A stretch of 64,000 nucleotides of DNA from a virus (Duplodnaviria; Caudoviricetes): positions 32,001 through 96,000 of the IMG/VR virus record IMGVR_UViG_2030936005_000025; one strand, given 5' to 3'. Positions 36,400 through 45,604 of the stretch are shown one piece after another. Numbering within the stretch: the stretch's first letter is position 1; the number at the start of each line of letters is the position of its first letter. Under the pieces are notes generated by a model, which saw nothing but the letters and a program-made list of their open reading frames with translations, ran no database searches and was not told the DNA's origin. The translations under genes and the position numbers were made by a program.

Positions 36400-37707
36400 T
36401 TATGCGAACATTTTAAACCAAGTCTGTTTGATACGAGAAACCAGACTCACCGTGGGGCTTTCCAATACCACGACGTTATCTTTACTGCTGTTGATTAGAC
36501 CATTAAGAACAAAGAAGTGATCGAAGATAAAGATGTTATCTCCTGCCACACATTCAATGGAATAATACGGTTTACCATTGGTCCACGATACACAACGTAC
36601 TCGTACACCTTTCTCATCAAAGTTAGAGAAGGTCAACTGCCCTTTTGCAACGCGACCTTTGATATTGTCCACGATATCCTGATAGCAGGTCTTACCAATA
36701 AAGAAACTGCTGGAGAACACATCTGGCGTGATCTCAATCGTCTCTACATTGTGACCCGACATTTCCTGATAGTCGTTACCGTATTCCTGACGAAGCAACG
36801 CCAAGCCATTGATCAGCGTTCCGATCAGAATCCGATCTTCATTCAGGGTAATGGCATCCATCGTTTTGTTGTTAGTCTCGATGAACTTAACACCACCCAG
36901 TTGAGGATCATTGATCCCGACAAGTTTGATCGCACGATCTTTGGTCTGTAGTGTCACACGGATCTCAGTCTTGCTGTCCTGACGAGCTAACAGACAGCCG
37001 GCTACCTTTTCGACCATGTTCAGTGTGATCGTACCAGATCCGTTGTTCTTGATCTGATTCACCAGGGTCTTCACTTCGTTCAAGCAGGTGATCTTTGGCG
37101 TGTACTTATTGACCAGAGCTTCTGTCTTGATAAAGAAGGGAAGATTGACTTTGGTAGAATGAATAATGGCATCATTCTGGATGATATTGAAACCGATTAC
37201 CGGTTCGCCTTTTACATAAGTAATAGTGTCGATCATGACACTGGCGATTAATTTTTGGGCTGCATGATGATTAATGTAGATCGGGTTATCCGATCCAAAA
37301 CGGAACCAGTTGTAGACACGTTTCATCACGCTTGCATAGATCTTAGCGTTTAACAGTGCTTTGCTGTTTTCTGTGAAGTACAACGTTTCAGGATAGGAAC
37401 CCTCACCAAAGAACAGATCGGTATAAGGAATGTTCCCGTAAGTGTCTTCAAGACGACTGAACTCATTCAGTGCTTTGTTCAGATCCTGAGTTTGGAAAAG
37501 ACCGTCGTCGTTTAATACGATCTTGGTCTGGCTGACTTTGGTTACCAGGAAAGGCAAACTGTTGTAAGTAAAGCTTGCGTTCTTGTTTTCTTCCGTGATT
37601 AATTCAGCTGTTTTCAACATCAGTTTAATAAACTGGACGTTATCACCAACAGTGGTTAACGGGAAAGTTTTACCCAAAAAGATACGAATGTCAGAATGTC
37701 GTGCCAT
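36400..37707 (-). CDS. Hypothetical 435-aa protein
   Basis: ORF track; no motif recognised. Confidence 0.7.
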   Translation of the reverse strand: MARHSDIRIFLGKTFPLTTVGDNVQFIKLMLKTAELITEENKNASFTYNSLPFLVTKVSQTKIVLNDDGLFQTQDLNKALNEFSRLEDTYGNIPYTDLFFGEGSYPETLYFTENSKALLNAKIYASVMKRVYNWFRFGSDNPIYINHHAAQKLIASVMIDTITYVKGEPVIGFNIIQNDAIIHSTKVNLPFFIKTEALVNKYTPKITCLNEVKTLVNQIKNNGSGTITLNMVEKVAGCLLARQDSKTEIRVTLQTKDRAIKLVGINDPQLGGVKFIETNNKTMDAITLNEDRILIGTLINGLALLRQEYGNDYQEMSGHNVETIEITPDVFSSSFFIGKTCYQDIVDNIKGRVAKGQLTFSNFDEKGVRVRCVSWTNGKPYYSIECVAGDNIFIFDHFFVLNGLINSSKDNVVVLESPTVSLVSRIKQTWFKMFA

Positions 37708-37769
37708 GTGTTACCCTTATTATATTAGACCAGTATTTTACCAACTAGCGTAACGAACAAACAAAAAGA

Positions 37770-37793
37770 ATAGATGAGGTTTCCCCCATCTAT
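37770..37793 (-). terminator. GAAA-loop terminator
   Basis: atagatgggg-gaaa-cctcatctat followed by tctttttgtttg on the - strand. Confidence 0.75.
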
Positions 37794-37808
37794 TTCTTAT
37801 TGGTGTTT

Positions 37809-40085
37809 TTATTTAACGGATTTTAGTACCCACTGTTCCAAGAACTTCAGGATATTCAACATTTTATCCTGATACGCCTTCTCCAGTTTGACCAGTTCAT
37901 CGGTAGCATATTCCCAAGAACACGCATCGATAGTTGAACCAGCAAGATCACTGGAAAGGTGTTTGTCCCAGAACTTGCTCTTATAGAAGTCATCTTCTTC
38001 AAGAGTACTTGCACTGAGTTTACCAGTGCGTTCAGCCATATCAGAAACTTGTTCAAGAATGGCGTAAACAAGATCACCCACTTCCTTGATCTTATCTTTA
38101 TTCAGCACCGGGACTTCAACCGCTTTGGTCTTCACATCCAGGCTGTCCAATCCTGCATCACTGATAACCCCAGTAATGAGTTCTGGTTTGATCGGATAAG
38201 AGGAATCGCCTTCAGAGATTGGCGTGTCTTCAGGAGAGTTCTTGAACTTGTTAAAGACTTTAACGCCGTTAGCAATACGCTCTTTAGCATTGCCGTGGGC
38301 TTTCTTGTAGGTTGCCTCTACACGAGAAGTCACCAGGTTCAAGATAGTCTTGGCATCAGCAGGTGAGTCGATGCTTTCCAACAGACCAGGAACAGAGAGC
38401 TTGACTTTACCAACGTTGATAAACTTCTGCTCTGCTTGCCACTTCTCAGAGGTATAGAGGTTAAACGCACCCCAACCTTCGCCAGTGTCTTTCTTGATCT
38501 TGGACAGTTCATGAGAGGCTGGTTTCTTCTTGAGCAAAGCAGCGATGTTATTAAAACCACTCTTAACTTGCTCCAGGAAACCTTCCATGCCCGCGATAGT
38601 CGGTTCGATCTCAGTACCGTAACGCTGCTTGATATCTTCAGCTGCCGCAGTTAGTAACTCGCTACCATCAGCGAACTGTTCCAGACCGGCAGACTCAGGT
38701 TCTGCATCACGGTAACCAGTAATTACAGTTTCCAGCGTTTCGATATCATTCTGCATATCAAACTGAGCTTCGATCAGTTCAGCACGACCAGGTTCGGCTG
38801 GTTCAATAGCTTCCACGAAGTCAGGATCAACCATTGGGTTGCGTTCAGCAGCTTCGGTGCTAACTTCAGGACCTGGCTCTGCGATCGTCGCAGCATCAAC
38901 GGCAGCAACACCACCTTCTGGCGCTTCAGCGGTCAGCGTGGCTTGTTCGATACCTTCTGGGGTATCCAGTACAGCGGGTTCTGGATTATCCGTTGGTAGG
39001 GTTTGCTGATCAGTGACTTCGGGACCGGCGTTGACATCAACAATGGTCGCAGTGATCAGGGTATTGGGTTTCTCTTCCAACACGACATTACAAGCGGCTT
39101 TATACTGATCGTGCCAGCCAGGCTGTGCCATATCGATAGTAGTGCCGTTTGGAGCGTGAAGGATGTCACCCAGGGATTCACCACCCATGATTTCGATTGG
39201 TATATAAGAAACGTCAGCATCTGGGTTTTCAGCCAGATAAGCTTGCCATTCATTATTATAGCGAACGATCGCAACTTGATCGCTACCATCACCAGTGCTA
39301 CCATCAGGGAAGTTTAGAATTGGAAAATCGGACATAACAACTTTCTCCTCTTCGATTCCCAGCGGATCTCGGCGATCATTCATACGCGCGAGTCGTGCTT
39401 CGAAATCGATAGGGTTGGATTCAGCTTTACCACCATTGGCGATAGCTGATTTCAAAGATTCATGAAACTCATCAGGACTACCTAACTCCTTAGCCCACTC
39501 TTTGATCCCTTGTTTCAATGACTTATTAAACCAGTCGGGATCATCGTTCATGTTTTCCATACCGGCAAGTGTAAAGAGATCTCCGGCCAAATAATCCTGA
39601 CCTAAGAACTCACCTTCACCCAGAACGATCTTCTTGCTAGCAGGGTCTGCTTCACAAGAATCGATGAAATCATTCCACGCGCCTTTCATCATACCGATGA
39701 AACCTTCCGTATTACCACGGGAGATGTAGCGTTGAATGTATTCTTCTTTCAATTCACGTTCTGGATATGCCAGCACATAATCGATACCTTGATCACGGAG
39801 CATCTCACGAACTGCTTCATGACTCGATACCAGAATAATCACATCGTCTAAACGCTCAAGGGTATCTTTGATGTGTTTGACGTAGTTACCAGGGAAGAAC
39901 TCTTTATCGAATTTAGAGCTATCAGAGTCGAATACAGGGATCCCATCACCAGCCGGTACTTGGATCTCATATTCTTTAGTAAAGTCGTTAAAGAAGACGT
40001 GAGCGGGTTTTAGACCACGTTCATCTGCTTCCTTAAAGATTGTGCTTTTACCCACCGCTGGGAAAGCAGAAAGAACAAGCTTCAT
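37809..40085 (-). CDS. 758-aa fusion: N-terminal P-loop-like domain, acidic linker, phiKZ-type internal head/ejection-like C-terminal domain
   Basis: LSAFPAVGKST Walker-A-like motif; three AG(M/L)E motifs matching the S/A/G-x-E prohead protease consensus of phiKZ-like phages. Confidence 0.6.
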   Translation of the reverse strand: MKLVLSAFPAVGKSTIFKEADERGLKPAHVFFNDFTKEYEIQVPAGDGIPVFDSDSSKFDKEFFPGNYVKHIKDTLERLDDVIILVSSHEAVREMLRDQGIDYVLAYPERELKEEYIQRYISRGNTEGFIGMMKGAWNDFIDSCEADPASKKIVLGEGEFLGQDYLAGDLFTLAGMENMNDDPDWFNKSLKQGIKEWAKELGSPDEFHESLKSAIANGGKAESNPIDFEARLARMNDRRDPLGIEEEKVVMSDFPILNFPDGSTGDGSDQVAIVRYNNEWQAYLAENPDADVSYIPIEIMGGESLGDILHAPNGTTIDMAQPGWHDQYKAACNVVLEEKPNTLITATIVDVNAGPEVTDQQTLPTDNPEPAVLDTPEGIEQATLTAEAPEGGVAAVDAATIAEPGPEVSTEAAERNPMVDPDFVEAIEPAEPGRAELIEAQFDMQNDIETLETVITGYRDAEPESAGLEQFADGSELLTAAAEDIKQRYGTEIEPTIAGMEGFLEQVKSGFNNIAALLKKKPASHELSKIKKDTGEGWGAFNLYTSEKWQAEQKFINVGKVKLSVPGLLESIDSPADAKTILNLVTSRVEATYKKAHGNAKERIANGVKVFNKFKNSPEDTPISEGDSSYPIKPELITGVISDAGLDSLDVKTKAVEVPVLNKDKIKEVGDLVYAILEQVSDMAERTGKLSASTLEEDDFYKSKFWDKHLSSDLAGSTIDACSWEYATDELVKLEKAYQDKMLNILKFLEQWVLKSVK

Positions 40086-40139
40086 TATCTAACCTCAGGT
40101 TATATGACATAAAATCAAAAAAAAATAAAGAGATAAACA

Positions 40140-40164
40140 AGGTACTGGAGATTCTCCAGTACCT
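40140..40164 (-). terminator. Terminator after rnhA
   Basis: aggtactggaga-t-tctccagtacct; long T tract on the - strand (A run ~40117-40125). Confidence 0.8.
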
Positions 40165-40172
40165 GTCTATTA

Positions 40173-40706
40173 TTATTTACCCTTAAAACGGTTCCACGGT
40201 TTGTACGGGGTCTTCTGGCTAGGAGGTGTTGGTGTGAACCCCTCATCTATTTCAGAAGGCTCTGCAGCCGCTGCTTTTGCTAATACGTCACAAAGTTCAT
40301 TATCAGGAATACCTGAGTGAGCTTTGACTTTAATGAACTCGACCTTATGAAAGAGGGTGAGTGCATGGAGACGCTTAAACAAGTCAGCATTTTTCACATC
40401 TTCAAATACACCAGGCTGCGGTTGTCTTTTCCATCCATTTTTAATCCAACCCCACACCCACTTTGTAGCACCATCAATAGTGTATTGACTATCAGTATGA
40501 ATCTTTACAACAGAACGTTCTTGAATCTGGGAAAGAGCATCGATAACTGCCATGATCTCCATCCGGTTGTTAGTGGTCTTGAAATAACCCTTAGAGTGTT
40601 CTGTTTTCAGATCGCCGTAAGTCGCTACCCAAGCGTACCCACCGGGGGCACCATCCGCACTACCATTCCCTAACGCAGATCCATCAGTATAAATTATGTA
40701 CTCCAA
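40173..40706 (-). CDS. rnhA: Ribonuclease HI
   Basis: YTDGS, TNNRME, TDSQY, NGWK, KNADL, VKAHSG..NE.CD.LA motifs. Confidence 0.95.
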   Translation of the reverse strand: MEYIIYTDGSALGNGSADGAPGGYAWVATYGDLKTEHSKGYFKTTNNRMEIMAVIDALSQIQERSVVKIHTDSQYTIDGATKWVWGWIKNGWKRQPQPGVFEDVKNADLFKRLHALTLFHKVEFIKVKAHSGIPDNELCDVLAKAAAAEPSEIDEGFTPTPPSQKTPYKPWNRFKGK

Positions 40707-40757
40707 GGTACACCTCCAATTTTTGTACTCCTATTATGGTGGGTTAACTGAAATAAA

Positions 40758-40781
40758 ACTCCTGAGTTTTACCCCAGGAGT
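40758..40781. terminator. Intergenic hairpin
   Basis: actcctg...caggagt inverted repeat. Confidence 0.5.
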
Positions 40782-40788
40782 AAATGGA

Positions 40789-41400
40789 CTAACTAAAGAG
40801 ACGAGGAATTTCTTTCTCGAAATCAAACGGTTCAGCAAAGGTAGAAGTATACTCTACTACTTCGCGACGTTTAATGACGTTACCTTCTGGCACACCATCA
40901 CGGAAAGGATGTTCATAACAGTCCAGTACGCGTACCACTTTGGTCGTATAGTAACTGTCGTATTTACGGAACACCTGATAAAGTGCACCATCACTTAGAC
41001 GACGGAACTCCCAGATTTGTTTTCCATTAAGGAACACAGGGATCTGTTTGAAGTCACTGACATCAGCACGAGTTGATGTCTCACCCAGGCGATGAAGAAC
41101 AGCCCAGAGACGATCTGTTTCAGTGTGATGCGGGGCACTGACTTTGCCAAAAGTACCCAACTGTATCTGACGGGCATGTTCCATCAGGATGTAGAACAGA
41201 GAAGATTCACAGTTAGGATGTTTACGATCGGTGATAGTGATCTCGGTTTCGTTATTATTCAAAGAAACGATAGAACCAAACTCTTCGGTTTTACCCATCG
41301 GTATTCCACGATCGATTTCACGGTGTGTGACCGTAACATCGATAACCAGTGAATTACCTTCGGTGATCTTCCACTCACGATAGCCCGTTACGATATTCAT
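40789..41400 (-). CDS. Hypothetical protein
   Basis: ORF track; 4-nt overlap. Confidence 0.7.
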   Translation of the reverse strand: MNIVTGYREWKITEGNSLVIDVTVTHREIDRGIPMGKTEEFGSIVSLNNNETEITITDRKHPNCESSLFYILMEHARQIQLGTFGKVSAPHHTETDRLWAVLHRLGETSTRADVSDFKQIPVFLNGKQIWEFRRLSDGALYQVFRKYDSYYTTKVVRVLDCYEHPFRDGVPEGNVIKRREVVEYTSTFAEPFDFEKEIPRLFS

Positions 41401-41720
41401 TTAAACAGTCCTTGTGCCTGACCCTGCATTGCTTTCATTACACCACCATCCTGCAACTTACCCATAACCATCACGAAAGTATCGCGATTGCTACCCAGGT
41501 AGTTGTTTTTGATAAGGGAGAGATTGAAGGCCCCCTGGATACGTGAAACCAAAGGACCGATCTGATCGTGATCCATGATCATTTCGATCGAGTGGGTTTT
41601 GATATCAGAAACAAAGAAGTTATCTTGCTCGCCAAGATCAGAGATGACGTCTTCAATCTTCTCTTTCATCTTTTCAAGAATACCACCACGAACAACAAGA
41701 ATAAACTTAAACATAACCAA
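41397..41720 (-). CDS. Hypothetical small alpha/beta protein
   Basis: ORF track; probable start at MFKFIL with SD aagga. Confidence 0.65.
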   Translation of the reverse strand: MVMFKFILVVRGGILEKMKEKIEDVISDLGEQDNFFVSDIKTHSIEMIMDHDQIGPLVSRIQGAFNLSLIKNNYLGSNRDTFVMVMGKLQDGGVMKAMQGQAQGLFK

Positions 41721-41723
41721 TCC

Positions 41724-42176
41724 TTAATTAGTCTTAGTAAAGTTAAAGGATGCACCGAAAATACAGCTGATTAGATTTAATCTGTCATCCATCCACGCAA
41801 GACGATGAGTAAATCCAGCCGCATTGATTTCGACCGACATGCAGAATGAGAATACTTCTGGCAATGGAAGACCAAGAGCTTTGTAGTCAATCTCAGGAAG
41901 TTTGAACTTCGAGATAGTTTCTTCACTCATGACCAACAAGTAAGGGACTTCAAAAGACACCTCTACTCTATTACGATCATCAGAGCTGATATCACACTGC
42001 ATATAAGGAGCCAGTGCATCACTACCGACTAAGACAACGCTGTTATCTTTGTCTCTTATCTCAAATGCGATTTGATTGAGATGAACGCGAAGGTCTCTGC
42101 GCCGGAGTCCAATGAAAACATTGTTCTCAAGGTAATCCACATTAACCTTTTCATTGTCACTCATTTCTTTCCCCAC
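41724..42176 (-). CDS. Hypothetical protein
   Basis: ORF track; probable start at MSDNEK. Confidence 0.65.
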   Translation of the reverse strand: MGKEMSDNEKVNVDYLENNVFIGLRRRDLRVHLNQIAFEIRDKDNSVVLVGSDALAPYMQCDISSDDRNRVEVSFEVPYLLVMSEETISKFKLPEIDYKALGLPLPEVFSFCMSVEINAAGFTHRLAWMDDRLNLISCIFGASFNFTKTN

Positions 42177-42184
42177 AAAAGAAA

Positions 42185-42204
42185 ACCGACCCTTTCGAGT
42201 CGGT
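42185..42204 (-). terminator. GAAA-loop terminator after ligA
   Basis: accgactc-gaaa-gggtcggt-tttcttt on the - strand. Confidence 0.8.
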
Positions 42205-42210
42205 GTGATG

Positions 42211-44178
42211 TTAGTTAGACAAGACCGCGATCATGCCTTTGAGATTATCCAGAGAACGGATATCAATCACCGGGATGTTGTACTTCTTCGCTTTCTCGAT
42301 TTTGCTGGCAGAAGGTTTCTCACCGATCATCAGGACTTTACAACTTTTGGTGACTTTATCGCTGAGTACGAAACCGGCTTCTCCCAACTTGTCAGTCAGC
42401 ATGTTTCTCGGCATCGCCACCCAACCACCGGAGATCGCAACTGGAATACCATCCAGGGACGGTGTCCGTTCAAGAGTAAAGTCATAGTGACTCAGGAAAT
42501 TGGTGATCTCATCCTGATTCTTGAGAACATGATTCCCAATCACTAAACCATCCAGTCCAAACAGATCGCTCAGGAACGTTGCATCAGACATCAGTGCAAT
42601 CAGTTCTTCTAAGTTATAGAAGTGGGTCCCTTCGTTGTTACGATTGGTGCCAGCATGGTTACTGATCTCAATCGCACGGACTTTACCCAGGCCTGGAATA
42701 CCGAGTGCGCATAACCAACGATGCAGATCAAAGCTGTTGAGGTCTTTAATCTGAGCAATGATGGATTCTGCCACACCACGATGGATACCTGAATTAATCA
42801 GATCGTCTTCTGTCAGTTTGAACAGGTCAGATGGATTAGAGAGGAAACCGTTATCCAGCAGACTTTGAATCCCTGCTTCACCCAGCCCTTTAATATCCAA
42901 TCCGTCTTTACGATCAACCAAACGAATAAGCTGACGCACTAACTGACCATCACAAGCTTGGTTATTACAGAAGGCCGTACCGGCTTCTTGATCCAGCGTG
43001 ACCATTTCCTGACAGAAAGGACATTGGTCAGGATACTTCAGACGCTCGCCATTACCCGCAGAGATCAGACCCACCATGCGTGGAATAATCTCGTTGGCTT
43101 TAATGACTTGAATCTTCGAGCCAATTGCCAGACCTTTATCAAAGTAACTCTGTGCATAATCGAGCTTAGCACGAGATAAGCTGGTTCCGTTATACTTCAC
43201 CGGTTTAAACAGAAGAGTGCCGATTAACTGACCAATCATAGACAACGACCAATCAATACCGGTGACTTCGGTTTCCATGTGAATACTTGGGAACTTATAA
43301 CACGTTGCATAAGTCCAGTACTCACCACCCTGAGGAACGTCCCAGGCACGCAGGTCATTGTTCTTTGCAACCAGACCATCAATCGGGTATTCAAGTTTAG
43401 GCGCACTTGGTAAATCCAAGAACTCCTGAAGCATCCCACCATCAACCAGCATCGGTACGTCGAAGCCGATATCGGTGAAGTGATTGCGCAGTTCCAGATA
43501 CGTGGCAAAATCTGCACGCACATTTGCGCTCGCACTGTAGACTTTGAAATAGATCGGGAGATCCTTATCGCGGTCTGTGGCTTGGTGACGCTTCATTAAA
43601 CCTGATACAGTAGAACGTGGATCAGTTTCTTCTTTATCCAGCTCATGCTTGGCGACATAACTGTCAAAGTCTTTGAACAAACAGAATGCTTCACCTGTGT
43701 ATTCAGTACGACCTTTGTTTACATCACCAGGAATATGGTCTGGAACATTATGTAGCAGGTGTCGGCGATGTGAGAGATCGGCACCATTGGTACGATCACC
43801 CCGAGTATGAATCCGAGCAAGATCCCCATCCACATAGATAATGCGGAGCGCCATGCCATCGAGTTTGTCCTCATGAACCGCGTTAGATTCGGTTTTCTCT
43901 TTTACCCAATCCAAGTAGTCGTCCTTTTTCTTCTTCTTACTGACAGAAAGCATCGGTTCAACTATTGGGACCAATTCCATTGAGGGATCAGGTGCAACGA
44001 AACCCTGTCCGTAAGTTGTGGTGTACTCAGGACGCGCTTCACGAAGTCTACGGTACTCGCTAGAGAGTTCTTCGTATTGATCGTCACTAATCTGTGGCTT
44101 GTCCATCTCGAAATAAAGATAGTCATGATATTTCAATTGACCTTCTAATTCAAGAAGGCGCTTGATTACATCTGGCAT
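42211..44178 (-). CDS. ligA: NAD-dependent DNA ligase
   Basis: YHDYLY..D.P.ISDDQYE (Ia domain), KLDG adenylation motif, TRGD, IDGLV, YKFP, C4 zinc finger (CPFC..FCNNQAC), HhH GLGE, BRCT-like end. Confidence 0.95.
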   Translation of the reverse strand: MPDVIKRLLELEGQLKYHDYLYFEMDKPQISDDQYEELSSEYRRLREARPEYTTTYGQGFVAPDPSMELVPIVEPMLSVSKKKKKDDYLDWVKEKTESNAVHEDKLDGMALRIIYVDGDLARIHTRGDRTNGADLSHRRHLLHNVPDHIPGDVNKGRTEYTGEAFCLFKDFDSYVAKHELDKEETDPRSTVSGLMKRHQATDRDKDLPIYFKVYSASANVRADFATYLELRNHFTDIGFDVPMLVDGGMLQEFLDLPSAPKLEYPIDGLVAKNNDLRAWDVPQGGEYWTYATCYKFPSIHMETEVTGIDWSLSMIGQLIGTLLFKPVKYNGTSLSRAKLDYAQSYFDKGLAIGSKIQVIKANEIIPRMVGLISAGNGERLKYPDQCPFCQEMVTLDQEAGTAFCNNQACDGQLVRQLIRLVDRKDGLDIKGLGEAGIQSLLDNGFLSNPSDLFKLTEDDLINSGIHRGVAESIIAQIKDLNSFDLHRWLCALGIPGLGKVRAIEISNHAGTNRNNEGTHFYNLEELIALMSDATFLSDLFGLDGLVIGNHVLKNQDEITNFLSHYDFTLERTPSLDGIPVAISGGWVAMPRNMLTDKLGEAGFVLSDKVTKSCKVLMIGEKPSASKIEKAKKYNIPVIDIRSLDNLKGMIAVLSN

Positions 44179-44249
44179 AATTACCTCTGGTTAAAATAGA
44201 GTGTCTTAATATAAGACATTCCCTGATTTATTAATAAACGGCAAAGGAC

Positions 44250-44281
44250 TAACTTGAGATGGCGTTACCCATCTCAAGTTA
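44250..44281. terminator. 13-bp-stem hairpin
   Basis: taacttgagatgg-cgttac-ccatctcaagtta. Confidence 0.75.
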
Positions 44282-44288
44282 AGTTAAG

Positions 44289-44564
44289 TTACATAGCAGC
44301 CAAAATGTTTGCAACCGAAGTCTCAGTAGATACATTGTTATCCGTCAGAGTATAACCGATCAAACTACCATCGTCTCCGAAAGTCAGAAACGCTTTAACT
44401 GCACCAGCAAAGCTGATTGTGCCAGTACGACCGCCAACTGGGTCATTCTGAATATCAACAATTGCATTGACGCCGCCGATAGATTGATCGAAACCCATAG
44501 ATGGAGTCAGAACAAGAGACAGCGGGTCGCAGATACAAGGGATACTGCGGGGGTTCATAAACAT
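44289..44564 (-). CDS. Hypothetical 91-aa protein
   Basis: ORF track; SD gagga. Confidence 0.6.
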   Translation of the reverse strand: MFMNPRSIPCICDPLSLVLTPSMGFDQSIGGVNAIVDIQNDPVGGRTGTISFAGAVKAFLTFGDDGSLIGYTLTDNNVSTETSVANILAAM

Positions 44565-44630
44565 GAGTTCTTCCTCAAATTAAAAATGTGTTCCTTTCAA
44601 AACATCAATGCGTGCGTCAAAATTAACTTT

Positions 44631-45413
44631 TTAAGATCCCCAACCGACAAATTGTGCGGTGTTGGCTTGTGCTGCAATCAGCTTCTCATCACCATTAAAG
44701 TAATCAGGTTGAGTTACTTTTGGTTGTTGGGCTGTCTTATAGCTTTTAATCTGATCAACGTAAGCTGCTCGCTCTCGTTCGACGATGGTGTTCATATAGG
44801 TACGGAATTCGCGAGCCGTTCGGACTTTGCCGTTAGGTTTGACGAAGAGTCCCCAGTTACCTTTAGAAATCTTCACAAGTCGATTCATTGGCGTGTTGCT
44901 GTTACTGTTGATAACCCTGACGGCCATATCACGCCCTAGGAAGTGGGTCATGTATTGGTCACCAAGTTTAACTTGGGATTCGGTTAAGTGAGTGCGTTCA
45001 ACAAGATATCGTTTAGAATCTAGAAGACTGGCGGCACCAATGAGTAGACTGGCTCGTGCATTCATTCGTGATGCGTTCGAGGAAAGTCCGACTTGACTAT
45101 GGTAGGCTTTGCGGTCTGCTGCCCAAGTACCTTTGGTATGTCCTAACATACCGGAGGCTGATGAGTGTTTACTTTGTGCACCCGATTTTAAATCTGATTC
45201 GATACTCGCAATGGCGGTTAAATCGCCCATGTCCATACCGGTTGTTTTAGAAGCATAATAGAGATCAGCTTTAACCTTGTTAAAACGCTCCGACATTACT
45301 TTCTTTGTGTAGTCAGTTGGATTAGCGCCAACTGAAGCATGCGCAACGGAAAGACTTCCTACAAAGACCAGCACCATTGCCAGCATAATAGAAAGGATAT
45401 TTGTGGATTTCAT
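44631..45413 (-). CDS. Lytic transglycosylase (SLT fold, phiKZ gp144-like catalytic domain) with N-terminal signal peptide
   Basis: AIASIES (catalytic Glu), SSASG, GTW, YMTHFLG; N-terminal MKS + hydrophobic core + AHA. Confidence 0.8.
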   Translation of the reverse strand: MKSTNILSIMLAMVLVFVGSLSVAHASVGANPTDYTKKVMSERFNKVKADLYYASKTTGMDMGDLTAIASIESDLKSGAQSKHSSASGMLGHTKGTWAADRKAYHSQVGLSSNASRMNARASLLIGAASLLDSKRYLVERTHLTESQVKLGDQYMTHFLGRDMAVRVINSNSNTPMNRLVKISKGNWGLFVKPNGKVRTAREFRTYMNTIVERERAAYVDQIKSYKTAQQPKVTQPDYFNGDEKLIAAQANTAQFVGWGS

Positions 45414-45463
45414 TTTAGTACCTATTGGTTTAAAGTGTAGTGAAAAGAATATTATTTTTCTTT

Positions 45464-45490
45464 TACATTTCGATAATATCTGCCTAAAAA
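45464..45490 (-). promoter_or_regulatory. Putative phage early-type promoter (GATATTAT-N5-TGTA)
   Basis: - strand tttttaggca-gatattat-cgaaa-tgta, upstream of the transglycosylase gene. Confidence 0.7.
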
Positions 45491-45561
45491 GATATACGTT
45501 GATAATTTCTATACATCGGTATTATCCGATATATAAATGCCGTGTTTAGCAAAGGATTAAA

Positions 45562-45589
45562 AGTCCCCTAGAGTTTCCTCTAAGAGACT
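45562..45589 (-). terminator. GAAA-loop hairpin
   Basis: agtctcttagag-gaaa-ctctaggggact-ttt on the - strand. Confidence 0.7.
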
Positions 45590-45604
45590 CATCCATTTTT
45601 ATTA

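Noticed and set aside
40100-40115. Late-promoter TATG (tttTATGt on the - strand) upstream of the 758-aa gene; similar at ~2514 on +
   Set aside because: A four-base motif in AT-rich DNA is too common to call without TSS data
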